Positions 1-7,584 of a stretch of 64,000 nt of DNA are shown here, in pieces. Below the pieces are notes generated by a model, which ran no database searches, was not told the origin of the DNA, and worked only from the letters and a program-made list of their open reading frames with translations. The translations under genes and the position numbers were made by a program. Every line of letters starts with the position of its first letter. Position 1 is the stretch's first letter. This DNA is from Planctomycetota bacterium. GTDB taxonomy: Bacteria; Planctomycetota; Phycisphaerae; Sedimentisphaerales; Anaerobacaceae. The stretch lies in assembly GCA_022563885.1 (NCBI GenBank), contig JADFMM010000002.1, forward strand, positions 6,786 through 70,785. The letters are read 5' to 3'.

Positions 1-462
1 ATTGAGCAGGGCACGCGCGATGACCAGGCGTCGGTTCATGCCGCCCGAGAGCTGTTTGATCTTCTCGCTGGCCTTCTCGGGCAGTTCCATGAATGCTAAC
101 AGCTCGTCTATCCGAGCCTGGGCCCTGTGCCGGGACATGCCATAGAACCGAGCATAGACCATTAGATTCTGCCTCACGTTCAGCTCTTCGTCCAGGTTGT
201 TGTCCTGCGGTACCACCCCGGAGAAATGCTTGATCGCCAGTTCATCTCGGTTTGGTTCATGACCAAAGAGGTTGATCGAGTACTCGGGCGTCGAATCAGG
301 CCGGCATCGGCCGTAGAGCATCTTCATCAAAGTGCTTTTTCCCGCCCCATTAGGCCCCAGGAACCCCAGGCAGGTCCCTTGCTCGACGTCGAAACCGACC
401 CCCTTCACGGCGAGGACGCGTTTATAGTGCTTGTGTACATTCCGGACTGAAATCACGGCCAT
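1..462 (-). CDS. ABC transporter ATP-binding protein (N-terminal part; gene runs off the left edge)
   Basis: Minus-strand translation from ATG at 462-460 reads MAVISVRNVHKHYKRVLAVKGVGFDVEQGTCLGFLGPNGAGKSTLMKM (Walker A). It reaches the window edge in frame with ...QLSGGMNRRLVIARALLN (ABC signature). It is absent from the ORF track because no stop lies in the window. Confidence 0.85.
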   Translation of the reverse strand, partial: MAVISVRNVHKHYKRVLAVKGVGFDVEQGTCLGFLGPNGAGKSTLMKMLYGRCRPDSTPEYSINLFGHEPNRDELAIKHFSGVVPQDNNLDEELNVRQNLMVYARFYGMSRHRAQARIDELLAFMELPEKASEKIKQLSGGMNRRLVIARALLN

Positions 463-712
463 GCGGGGTTCCCGGTTTAACTCAAACAGAGCTGGATTTG
501 GCAGCGGGTATTGTACCGAGCTGATCCGAGATGGCAACGTGTCCATCGGGCAGGGCGGCCACATCTTGTTGCAAAGTTCGTCCGCTTCACGGCAAAACGC
601 CATCCATGGAGGATTCCACCCGTTCACGCAAACAGTAATCGGTGATCGGCTTGGACTGATGACTGGTTTCGCTTTCGGCCGCTCAGAAAATCGAAAAGTC
701 ACTCAAAAAGCG

Positions 713-740
713 TTGACAAAGAGGCGGTGCACAGTAGGAT
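713..740 (+). promoter_or_regulatory. sigma70-like promoter candidate for rplM-rpsI
   Basis: Perfect -35 TTGACA (713-718), 16-nt spacer, -10 TAGGAT (735-740), about 34 nt upstream of the rplM ATG at 774. Confidence 0.4.
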
Positions 741-773
741 AAATCGATTTATGTGACGAAAGAGACCCGGACT

Positions 774-1217
774 ATGAAAAGTTACATGGCCAAGAAAGGT
801 CAAGTGGTGCAGGAGTGGGTGTTGGTGGATGCAGACGGGGCTGTCCTGGGTCGCATGGCAGCCGAGATAGCGCCCATTCTCATGGGCAAGACCAAGCCCT
901 GCTACACCCCTCATGTCGACACCGGGGACTACGTCATCGTGGTGAATGCGGAAAAGGTGAAAGTGACGGGCAAGAAGGCGGAACAAAAGCAGTACGACCA
1001 CTATACCCACTTTCCTAGCGGCCGCAAGGTTGTTAGCTTTGCTGACATGATGGAAAGGAAGCCCGAAAAAGTGGTGGAGTTGGCCGTACGTCGTATGCTG
1101 CCCAAGACGCGATTGGGCCGACAAATGCTAAGGAAACTGAAGGTGTACCGGGGCCCTAGCCACGAGCATCAGGCGCAGACGCCCCGAAAAGTAGATCTGT
1201 TTGCGGCTGGCAATTGA
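774..1217 (+). CDS. rplM: 50S ribosomal protein L13
   Basis: MKSYMAKKGQVVQEWVLVDADGAVLGRMAAEIAPILMGKTKPCYTPHVDTGDYVIVVNAEKV is the canonical L13 N-terminus. I chose the ATG at 774 rather than the GTG at 753. The gene is followed by rpsI as in most bacteria. Confidence 0.95.
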   Translation: MKSYMAKKGQVVQEWVLVDADGAVLGRMAAEIAPILMGKTKPCYTPHVDTGDYVIVVNAEKVKVTGKKAEQKQYDHYTHFPSGRKVVSFADMMERKPEKVVELAVRRMLPKTRLGRQMLRKLKVYRGPSHEHQAQTPRKVDLFAAGN

Positions 1218-1230
1218 GAGAAGAAACCAT

Positions 1231-1713
1231 ATGACTGATGTGCCAGGTGACCATCTAAACATTGCTCCGACACCCGTGGTTCCCCAGGTGGTGCCGGAGA
1301 CACCCAAAAGGAAAAAGCCCGACCTCGGTGGGTTCTACTGGGGCACGGGCAGACGCAAGAGTTCTGTGGCCCGCGTTCGGATTAAGCCGGGCAGCGGGAA
1401 GCTGCTGGTGAACAAGAGAGAACTCGATGAATACTTCCGGCGGGTCCAGGATCAAAATGCCGTGGTGGCCCCATTGAAGGTTGTGGACGCCGAGAAGGCC
1501 TTTGACATATTTATCAACGTCAGGGGTGGCGGCACGACGGGTCAGGCAGGGGCGTCGTTGTTGGGCATCGCGCGGGCCCTGAAGAACTACGACGACAACT
1601 ACGCCCAGGCCCTGAGGGATGCCAATTGTCTGACACGCGATCCGCGTATGGTCGAACGGAAGAAACCCGGGCAACGCGGTGCACGTCGACGATTCCAGTT
1701 TTCGAAGCGGTAG
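1231..1713 (+). CDS. rpsI: 30S ribosomal protein S9
   Basis: GTGRRKSSVARVRIKPGSGKLLVNKRELDEYF ... C-terminal GARRRFQFSKR is the S9 hallmark. I prefer the ATG at 1231 over the TTG at 1201, which overlaps the end of rplM. Confidence 0.95.
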   Translation: MTDVPGDHLNIAPTPVVPQVVPETPKRKKPDLGGFYWGTGRRKSSVARVRIKPGSGKLLVNKRELDEYFRRVQDQNAVVAPLKVVDAEKAFDIFINVRGGGTTGQAGASLLGIARALKNYDDNYAQALRDANCLTRDPRMVERKKPGQRGARRRFQFSKR

Positions 1714-1741
1714 CGTCTACACAGATTTAGGACATCCTTAC

Positions 1742-1775
1742 AGCCGCCGGATTCAAAACTGGCGGCTTTTTTTTT
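1742..1775 (+). terminator. Rho-independent terminator after rpsI
   Basis: Stem AGCCGCCGG (1742-1750) pairs with CTGGCGGCT (1759-1767) across an 8-nt loop. A run of T follows immediately, and T occupies 1767-1775. Confidence 0.8.
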
Positions 1776-1921
1776 AGAGTGCCTATCAAAATGAATCGTC
1801 GCACCGAAAACGAGCGTTTTTGAGTCTGGCAAGGAAGGCGAAGCAGCCTATCCGAGGATAGTCGATGCAGCCTGACGCCGTCCAGACTCAAAATAAGCCG
1901 TTTGAATGCAGAGTCATTTTG
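1776..1921 (+). repeat. Copy A of a 44-bp intergenic element, interrupted by a 95-nt structured insert
   Basis: AGAGTGCCTATCAAAAT (1776-1792) and AAGCCGTTTGAATGCAGAGTCATTTTG (1895-1921) match the contiguous copy at 26798-26841 at 43 of 44 positions. TCAAAAT is duplicated at both junctions (1786-1792, 1888-1894). Confidence 0.85.
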
Positions 1922-1951
1922 CGTAGGTTCTCTTGGAGTGCAGTGAGCGTT

Positions 1952-2959
1952 ATGGTGCGAGTGGCAATTGTTGGTGCGAGTGGTTACACCGGCGCAGAAT
2001 CCGTTGAAATCCTGCTGGGTCATCCTCAGGCGGAGCTGACCTATCTCACGGGCCGGCAGCACTGCGGCCCTCTCAGTGACCTGTTCGGGCGGTTCAAGGG
2101 GCGTGTCCCTATAGATGTAGAGCCTCTGGACTTGAGCATGCTGGCCGATAGGGCTGATGTGGTATTCTGCTGCCTACCGCACACGACCTCCATGGCGTGT
2201 GTGCCGCAGTTGCTGGCGGCGGGCTGCAAAGTCATCGATTTTAGCGCTGACTATCGCCTCCGGGACGCGGCGGTTTACGAGCAAACCTACGACGTGAAGC
2301 ATGCGGACCCTGCCAATCTGCCCAAAGCCGTCTATGGCTTGCCGGAACTGTACCGCGATCAGATTCGGCAGACGGACCTCGTCGCCAACCCGGGCTGTTT
2401 CCCGACGGCGGCCATACTGGCGGTGGCACCGCTGCTAAAGCATCGCCGGGTCCGGACGGATACCCTGATCGTGAACGCAGTGACCGGGATCTCGGGTGCG
2501 GGAAAGAAACCCACTGCGGCCTTTCACTTCCCTAACATGAACGAGAATCTCTTTGCCTATGGCGTGGGAAACCATCGACACACACCGGAGATCGAGCAAA
2601 TCGTCTCCGATGTGGCCGGGCAGAAGGTGGACGTCCTCTTCCAGCCTCACGCCGGTCCCTTCGACCGGGGCATATTCTCGACCCTTTATCTGGAACCGCG
2701 GGGAGAGGTCACGTCCGAACAACTGTTCGAACTATTTGAATCATTTTATCGCGATGAGCCATTCGTACAGATCTGTCGGGCCAGTCCCAATCTGAAGGAC
2801 GTCACGAAGACAAATTACTGCCAACTCTTTCCCACCGTGGCCAAGGGGAAGGTGGTCGTTTTCGCGGCGATCGACAATATGGTCAAGGGCGCGGCGGGGC
2901 AGGCCGTCCAGAACATGAACATCCTATTTGGCTTGGACGAGACCCTAGGCCTGCTCTAG
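1952..2959 (+). CDS. argC: N-acetyl-gamma-glutamyl-phosphate reductase
   Basis: MVRVAIVGASGYTGAESVEILLGHPQAELTYLTG Rossmann N-terminus and NPGCFPTAAILAVAPL active-site Cys motif. The ATG at 1952 is preferred because the ORF-track start at 1865 lies in the repeat element. argJ follows. Confidence 0.9.
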   Translation: MVRVAIVGASGYTGAESVEILLGHPQAELTYLTGRQHCGPLSDLFGRFKGRVPIDVEPLDLSMLADRADVVFCCLPHTTSMACVPQLLAAGCKVIDFSADYRLRDAAVYEQTYDVKHADPANLPKAVYGLPELYRDQIRQTDLVANPGCFPTAAILAVAPLLKHRRVRTDTLIVNAVTGISGAGKKPTAAFHFPNMNENLFAYGVGNHRHTPEIEQIVSDVAGQKVDVLFQPHAGPFDRGIFSTLYLEPRGEVTSEQLFELFESFYRDEPFVQICRASPNLKDVTKTNYCQLFPTVAKGKVVVFAAIDNMVKGAAGQAVQNMNILFGLDETLGLL

Positions 2960-3030
2960 GGCCTATGCTAGGGACAACGGCGTCTGTCCATACCACGCGC
3001 GAGAGACAACCATTCTAATTAGGACAAACG

Positions 3031-4236
3031 ATGGCAAACAGTTCAATCACCGCGGCCCAGGGATTTGAGGCGGCAGGCATCAGCTGTGGCATCAAGCAAT
3101 CGGGTCACTTGGACCTAGGACTCATCTCCTGTCCCACAGGCGCAATGGCAGCGGCGGTGTTCACGACCAACCGGATCACCTCACCGGCCGTGGACGTCTG
3201 TCGGGATCACGCCGGCGGGTCTGGTCGCGTCAAGGCCGTGATCGCTAATTCGGGCAACGCCAATGCCTGCACCGGTCGTTCAGGACGTAAGGACGCCCTG
3301 GCGATGTGTCGCGAGACCGCCTTACACCTGGATGGGCAGACCGAAGAGGTCCTGCCGGCATCCACCGGCATTATCGGCAAACCCCTGCCTATGTCGAAGG
3401 TTCGGCAAGGTATCGGGGTGGCCGCTCGCACGCTGTCACCATCGGCCAAGGCCGGCTTGCAGTTTGCACGAGCCATCATGACAACGGATACCCGACCGAA
3501 ACAGGCCGTCCGGCGATTCACGGTGTCGGGTCGTGACATTACCGTGGCGGGGACGATCAAAGGGGCCGGCATGATTGGGCCCAACATGGCCACGACGCTT
3601 TGTTTCTTGACCACAGACCTGGCCATGCATCAATCGTTGCTGGGCAGGGCCCTGCGAACGGCTGTCGGCGCGTCCCTCAACAAGCTGACCGTGGATGGTC
3701 ACCAAAGCACCAACGACACCGCCATTCTGCTGGCGTCGGGGCTGGCAGGCAATAGAGCGAGCACCGCCCAGCAGCCGGCCTACCGGTGCTTTGTCGCTGC
3801 CCTGGTCTCTCTGTGTGACGATCTGACCAGACAGATGGCGTTGGATGCCGAAGGGGCGACGCGCATGTTTAAGGTCGTCGTCACGGGGGCGGCTAGCCAG
3901 AGGGAGGCGGCCCGGGGGGCCCGCGCGGTCGCTGGCTACGATCTGGTCAAGTGCGCTGTACATGGCGCCGACCCAAACTGGGGTCGCATCCTCTGTGCGA
4001 TTGGTTCTGCCGGCGTGCAGTTGCGGCTCGACCGCTTAACCTGCAAACTCGACAAGCTGACGGTGTTTCGCCGAGGCGGTCCCTGCAAGTTCGACATCAA
4101 GGAGGCACGCCGCATCATCTCCCGGAAGGAGCACACCATTTTTATAGAGTTGGGCGTCGGATCCCACCGGGATTTTTGCTACGGTGTCGACCTGAGCGAG
4201 GAATACGTGGCTATCAATGCAGACTACCATACCTAG
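3031..4236 (+). CDS. argJ: Bifunctional ornithine acetyltransferase / N-acetylglutamate synthase
   Basis: AAQGFEAAGISCGIKQSG, the autoprocessing region GPNMATTLCFLTTD, DGHQSTNDT, and a C-terminal INADYHT-type end. All are typical of ArgJ. It is adjacent to argC. Confidence 0.9.
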   Translation: MANSSITAAQGFEAAGISCGIKQSGHLDLGLISCPTGAMAAAVFTTNRITSPAVDVCRDHAGGSGRVKAVIANSGNANACTGRSGRKDALAMCRETALHLDGQTEEVLPASTGIIGKPLPMSKVRQGIGVAARTLSPSAKAGLQFARAIMTTDTRPKQAVRRFTVSGRDITVAGTIKGAGMIGPNMATTLCFLTTDLAMHQSLLGRALRTAVGASLNKLTVDGHQSTNDTAILLASGLAGNRASTAQQPAYRCFVAALVSLCDDLTRQMALDAEGATRMFKVVVTGAASQREAARGARAVAGYDLVKCAVHGADPNWGRILCAIGSAGVQLRLDRLTCKLDKLTVFRRGGPCKFDIKEARRIISRKEHTIFIELGVGSHRDFCYGVDLSEEYVAINADYHT

Positions 4237-4250
4237 GATTGCGCTAACGG

Positions 4251-5519
4251 CTAGGCGGATTCTTTCTTGGGAAGCTGCCGGGCCGCCGAGATGTCGACGT
4301 CACCATTGACGATGTCCTTCGTGATCACATACTTGGAGCCCTCTGGCTCTTCGGGCAGATCGTACATCAAGTCAATCATCAACTCTTCGGTGATGGCCCT
4401 TAGGGCTCGGGCGCCGGTGTCTCGCTTGAGGGCCTTGACCGCGATGACCTTTAGGGCGGCCTCCGTGAACTCCAGGTGGGCTTTTTCCATCTCGAAGAAA
4501 CACTCATACTGCCGGCAGAGTGCGTTCCGCGGCTTGGTCAAGATGTCGATCAAGGATTGCTCGTCCAGAGGTGCAAGTGTCGTAATCACCGGAAGGCGAC
4601 CCACCATCTCTGGAATCATGCCGTATTCGATGACATCTTCGGGAATAATCTGTTCCAGAACATTGGCGTCATGCGGGCTGTCCTCCTGTTGCACCAGTTC
4701 TGAACTGAACCCGATCATCTGCTTTCCCAGACGTTTTTTGACGATGTTCTCGATGCCCACAAAAGTCCCGCCACAGATGAAGAGGATCTGTGTTGTGTCA
4801 ATTTGGATATAGGATTGCTCCGGGTGCTTGCGTCCACCCTGAGGAGGGATGTTGGCCGTGGTACCCTCGAGCATTTTGAGCAGGGCCTGTTGGACGCCTT
4901 CGCCGGACACGTCACGCGTGATAGATACATTCTGAGAAGTTTTACCTATTTTATCTATTTCGTCTATATAGACGATACCTCGTTGGGCTGCCTCCACATC
5001 GTAGTCCGCGGCCTGCACCAATTTTAGCAAGAAATTCTCTACATCTTCGCCTACGTAGCCTGCCTCTGTCACCGTAGTCGCATCGCAGATTGCAAAGGGC
5101 ACTTCGAGTTTCCTGGCCAGTGTTTTTGCCAACAGGGTCTTTCCACAGCCGGTGGGACCGATCAACAGCACATTCGATTTGTCCAGTTCGATGTCGCTGC
5201 CACCGCCCTCACCGTGCAGCAGGCGTTTGTAGTGATTGTAGACGGCGACCGAGAGACACTTCTTGGCGTGGACCTGGCCGATGACATAGCGATCCAGGTA
5301 TTCCTTGATCTCGCGCGGTCGCGAGCCCTTCTTAAGGCTGCCACTGCCGCTGCCCTGTTGCTTCTTGTTCTGGCGAATGATGTTGTGGCACAGTTCCACG
5401 CAGTCGGGGCAGATATACACATTGTCGGGGCCTTCGATGAGAGTCTCCGTCCGATTGCCCGCCTGTCCACAGAAACTACAGGTTGCTTTGGTTTTTCGAG
5501 TAGTGGATTGTTTCGGCAT
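4251..5519 (-). CDS. clpX: ATP-dependent Clp protease ATP-binding subunit ClpX
   Basis: N-terminal zinc ribbon CSFCGQ...CPDC, Walker [16 protein letters not shown], Walker [11 protein letters not shown], and the GARALR sensor motif. Confidence 0.97.
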   Translation of the reverse strand: MPKQSTTRKTKATCSFCGQAGNRTETLIEGPDNVYICPDCVELCHNIIRQNKKQQGSGSGSLKKGSRPREIKEYLDRYVIGQVHAKKCLSVAVYNHYKRLLHGEGGGSDIELDKSNVLLIGPTGCGKTLLAKTLARKLEVPFAICDATTVTEAGYVGEDVENFLLKLVQAADYDVEAAQRGIVYIDEIDKIGKTSQNVSITRDVSGEGVQQALLKMLEGTTANIPPQGGRKHPEQSYIQIDTTQILFICGGTFVGIENIVKKRLGKQMIGFSSELVQQEDSPHDANVLEQIIPEDVIEYGMIPEMVGRLPVITTLAPLDEQSLIDILTKPRNALCRQYECFFEMEKAHLEFTEAALKVIAVKALKRDTGARALRAITEELMIDLMYDLPEEPEGSKYVITKDIVNGDVDISAARQLPKKESA

Positions 5520-5675
5520 GTCGTTAGGTTACTCGGCAGAAGTTGCGGTTCCTACTTCAAGCTCCCAGCGTAGCGGGTCACCGGCATTCGGGCAAGGCCT
5601 TGCTTTTGTCGGCAGAGTTCAAAGGGGTGCATGGTGCAAAAAAGCCGCATGTGTGTCCTCAATCGGTCGCCGGCC

Positions 5676-6554
5676 TCACAGCAGTTTTTTCAGGGTGGCC
5701 GATGTGTGGATGGCCACAAACATCAAATAGTCCAGGTCGCTGAGACTGTAGTGCTCATGGACCATGGCGTTGTCTATGTAGATGACACCATAGCAGCCCT
5801 GCGGCCCGACGATCGCAGCGATGAGTGCCGACCGGATGCGTGCGGCACCTTCCATCTGGGCGGATACGCGGGGCAGGACCAGGGATTGTCCCCGTTCGAC
5901 GGCGGCATTGACTTTGTCGGCCAGTGCGAGGTCGTCAAGTGCAATGGCCTGACCGTCGCGTCGCTTTCCCATGTGGTAGGTCATGGGCCCATTGGACTGC
6001 TCTCTGAGGGCACACCACACATGAAAAGCACTGAACTGCTTGGTGAGTGTGTCCACCAGCCCAATCAGCAGTTCTTCCACGTCACTCGCACTGGAAATCG
6101 AGTCGGCTGCCTGGGAAAAATCGGTAAGGCGCTTTGCGGGCAGCCGCATCGCCGGTGCGTGACTGGCATCCGCCTTTCGCACGACGGTTTCATGGCGGGG
6201 CGTAGAAAGAGACGCCTCCAGATGCAAGGTATCTTCCCCTTGGATTTGGCTATCGGCTGGCACGGGGTCTTCCAGCATGACCTCAATCTCGAATTCCGTG
6301 ATCTTCAGAGAATCACCCGTTTTCAACGGGGACTTATTCACGGCCTTGCCGTTGAGATAGGTCTTATTCGCCGAGCCCAGATCTTCGATGATCCATCCAC
6401 CCTCCTCGGTGCTGAAAATGACGGCATGCTGTTTGGAAACCGTTCTGTCGGCCAACACAACCTGACTGGCGTCGCCTCGCCCGATGTGAATTGGATCCTC
6501 ATGAAATGTGTACTCTTGGGCCTGTCCATCCCTTCCACATACCTTTAGACGCAT
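5676..6554 (-). CDS. FHA domain protein with C-terminal GAF-like domain
   Basis: The N-terminus IHIGRGDASQVVLADRTVSKQHAVIFSTEEGGWIIEDLGSANKTYLNGKAV is a classic FHA core. The roughly 150-aa C-terminus (...GVIYIDNAMVHEHYSLSDLDYL...) looks GAF-like. The 305-aa plus-strand ORF opposite has no recognisable motif. Confidence 0.75.
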   Translation of the reverse strand: MRLKVCGRDGQAQEYTFHEDPIHIGRGDASQVVLADRTVSKQHAVIFSTEEGGWIIEDLGSANKTYLNGKAVNKSPLKTGDSLKITEFEIEVMLEDPVPADSQIQGEDTLHLEASLSTPRHETVVRKADASHAPAMRLPAKRLTDFSQAADSISSASDVEELLIGLVDTLTKQFSAFHVWCALREQSNGPMTYHMGKRRDGQAIALDDLALADKVNAAVERGQSLVLPRVSAQMEGAARIRSALIAAIVGPQGCYGVIYIDNAMVHEHYSLSDLDYLMFVAIHTSATLKKLL

Positions 6555-6668
6555 GGGTCAGTACCTCCACAGATGCATTTCACAAATCTGTAGGTGGATT
6601 ATCCCAAATGAGTCGATGACTGTCAAGCCTCCCACGAGGGTCTGGATCGGCGATCACAGCGCTTGGAG

Positions 6669-6697
6669 TTGCAGGGCCTGCACTAATTCTCTAGAAT
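6669..6697 (+). promoter_or_regulatory. sigma70-like promoter candidate for hisA
   Basis: -35 TTGCAG (6669-6674), 17-nt spacer, -10 TAGAAT (6692-6697), 63 nt upstream of the hisA ATG. Confidence 0.35.
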
Positions 6698-6760
6698 CCG
6701 GCGCATGAAGGTAGGCGATATCTGAAGGACTGATGAGAATCTGAATTTAGGAATTGAACT

Positions 6761-7483
6761 ATGGAGATTATCCCGGCCATTGATCTAAGGGAAGGCAAAT
6801 GCGTCAGGCTGATTCAAGGCCGGTACGATCGTCAGATAACCTACCAAGATGACCCTGTGGCGCAGGCGAAGTCATTTCATGATGCCGGCGCGACCTGGCT
6901 TCACGTGGTCGATCTGGACGGGGCAAAACTGGGCAGACCGGTCAACACCAGACACATTGAGGCCATCACCTCCAAGACCGAATTGAGGGTGGAGGTGGGA
7001 GGGGGTCTCCGCGACGAAGAGGCGATTCGCGAAATGCTGAAACTAGGCGTGCAACGGGTGATCATTGGGACCCAGGCCGTGCATGACTTCGGCTGGTTTT
7101 CTCGGATGGCGGAGATTTTTCGGGATAGACTTGTCCTAGGCTTGGATGCCCGGGGCTCTACCGTGGCCACGCATGGGTGGCAGAAGGACAGCCAACGGAC
7201 TCTGGTCGAGTTTGCCCAAGAGGCGGCAGTGTTGCCCTTGGCCGCCATCATTTACACCGATATTGCCAGGGACGGCATGTTGTGTGGCCCCAATATCGAG
7301 CGCACCAGGACGATCGCAGAAGCCGTGCATATCCCCGTCATCGCCTCCGGGGGTGTCTCGAACCTCGACGATGTACGCCAGCTGGACGCCGTTGAGATCA
7401 TCGATGCCGTGATCGCCGGTCGTAGTCTCTATGAGGGAACGCTGGATTTGAAAGAAGCGATTGCGGCGACAAAGCATCCCTAA
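6761..7483 (+). CDS. hisA: 1-(5-phosphoribosyl)-5-[(5-phosphoribosylamino)methylideneamino]imidazole-4-carboxamide isomerase
   Basis: MEIIPAIDLREGKCVRLIQGRYD ... LHVVDLDGA ... VEVGGGLR ... IASGGVS is the HisA TIM-barrel pattern. Confidence 0.9.
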   Translation: MEIIPAIDLREGKCVRLIQGRYDRQITYQDDPVAQAKSFHDAGATWLHVVDLDGAKLGRPVNTRHIEAITSKTELRVEVGGGLRDEEAIREMLKLGVQRVIIGTQAVHDFGWFSRMAEIFRDRLVLGLDARGSTVATHGWQKDSQRTLVEFAQEAAVLPLAAIIYTDIARDGMLCGPNIERTRTIAEAVHIPVIASGGVSNLDDVRQLDAVEIIDAVIAGRSLYEGTLDLKEAIAATKHP

Positions 7484-7584
7484 CCTCTGTCTGGAAAGCG
7501 GAAGTGCAATTCCAAGTTTTGGTATTTGTTGGGGTTTTGGCAGACCCGACGGTGGTCAGTTCGTCAAACCTTATATATATGGGA

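Noticed and set aside
1833-1848. GGAAGGCGAAGCAGCC inside the 95-nt insert resembles the conserved GGAAGGAAGCAGCC of bacterial SRP (4.5S) RNA domain IV, and the insert is a 4.5S-like long hairpin.
   Set aside because: The GGAA here is not closed by base pairs (CAA before it, GGC after it). In the fold supported by the sequence, the AGCAGC lies on the 5' rather than the 3' side of the apical loop, and that loop is CGAG. An Infernal/Rfam search would settle the question, so I do not call an ffs gene.
1865-1951. N-terminal 29-codon extension of the argC ORF (start at 1865).
   Set aside because: It lies within the repeat and insert DNA and has no homology to ArgC N-termini. The canonical MVRVAIVGASGYTG start is at 1952.
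5631-6548. 305-aa plus-strand ORF opposite the FHA-GAF gene. Similar long shadow ORFs occur elsewhere: 9269-10294 (+), 14547-15227 (-), 20203-20829 (-), 23732-24553 (+), 25454-26230 (+), 27159-28028 (+), 30480-31346 (-), 32758-33912 (+), 43681-44316 (+), 47301-48125 (+), 58602-59327 (-), 60326-60976 (-).
   Set aside because: Each lies antisense to an ORF with unmistakable family motifs (FHA, FtsH, RsmD, FolD, PyrD, DUF1501, DUF1553, pilin leader, CotH, BatA, TPR/MA, NTase, LemA). Their translations are Arg/Gly/Pro/His-rich with no motifs. Long antisense ORFs are expected in high-GC DNA.
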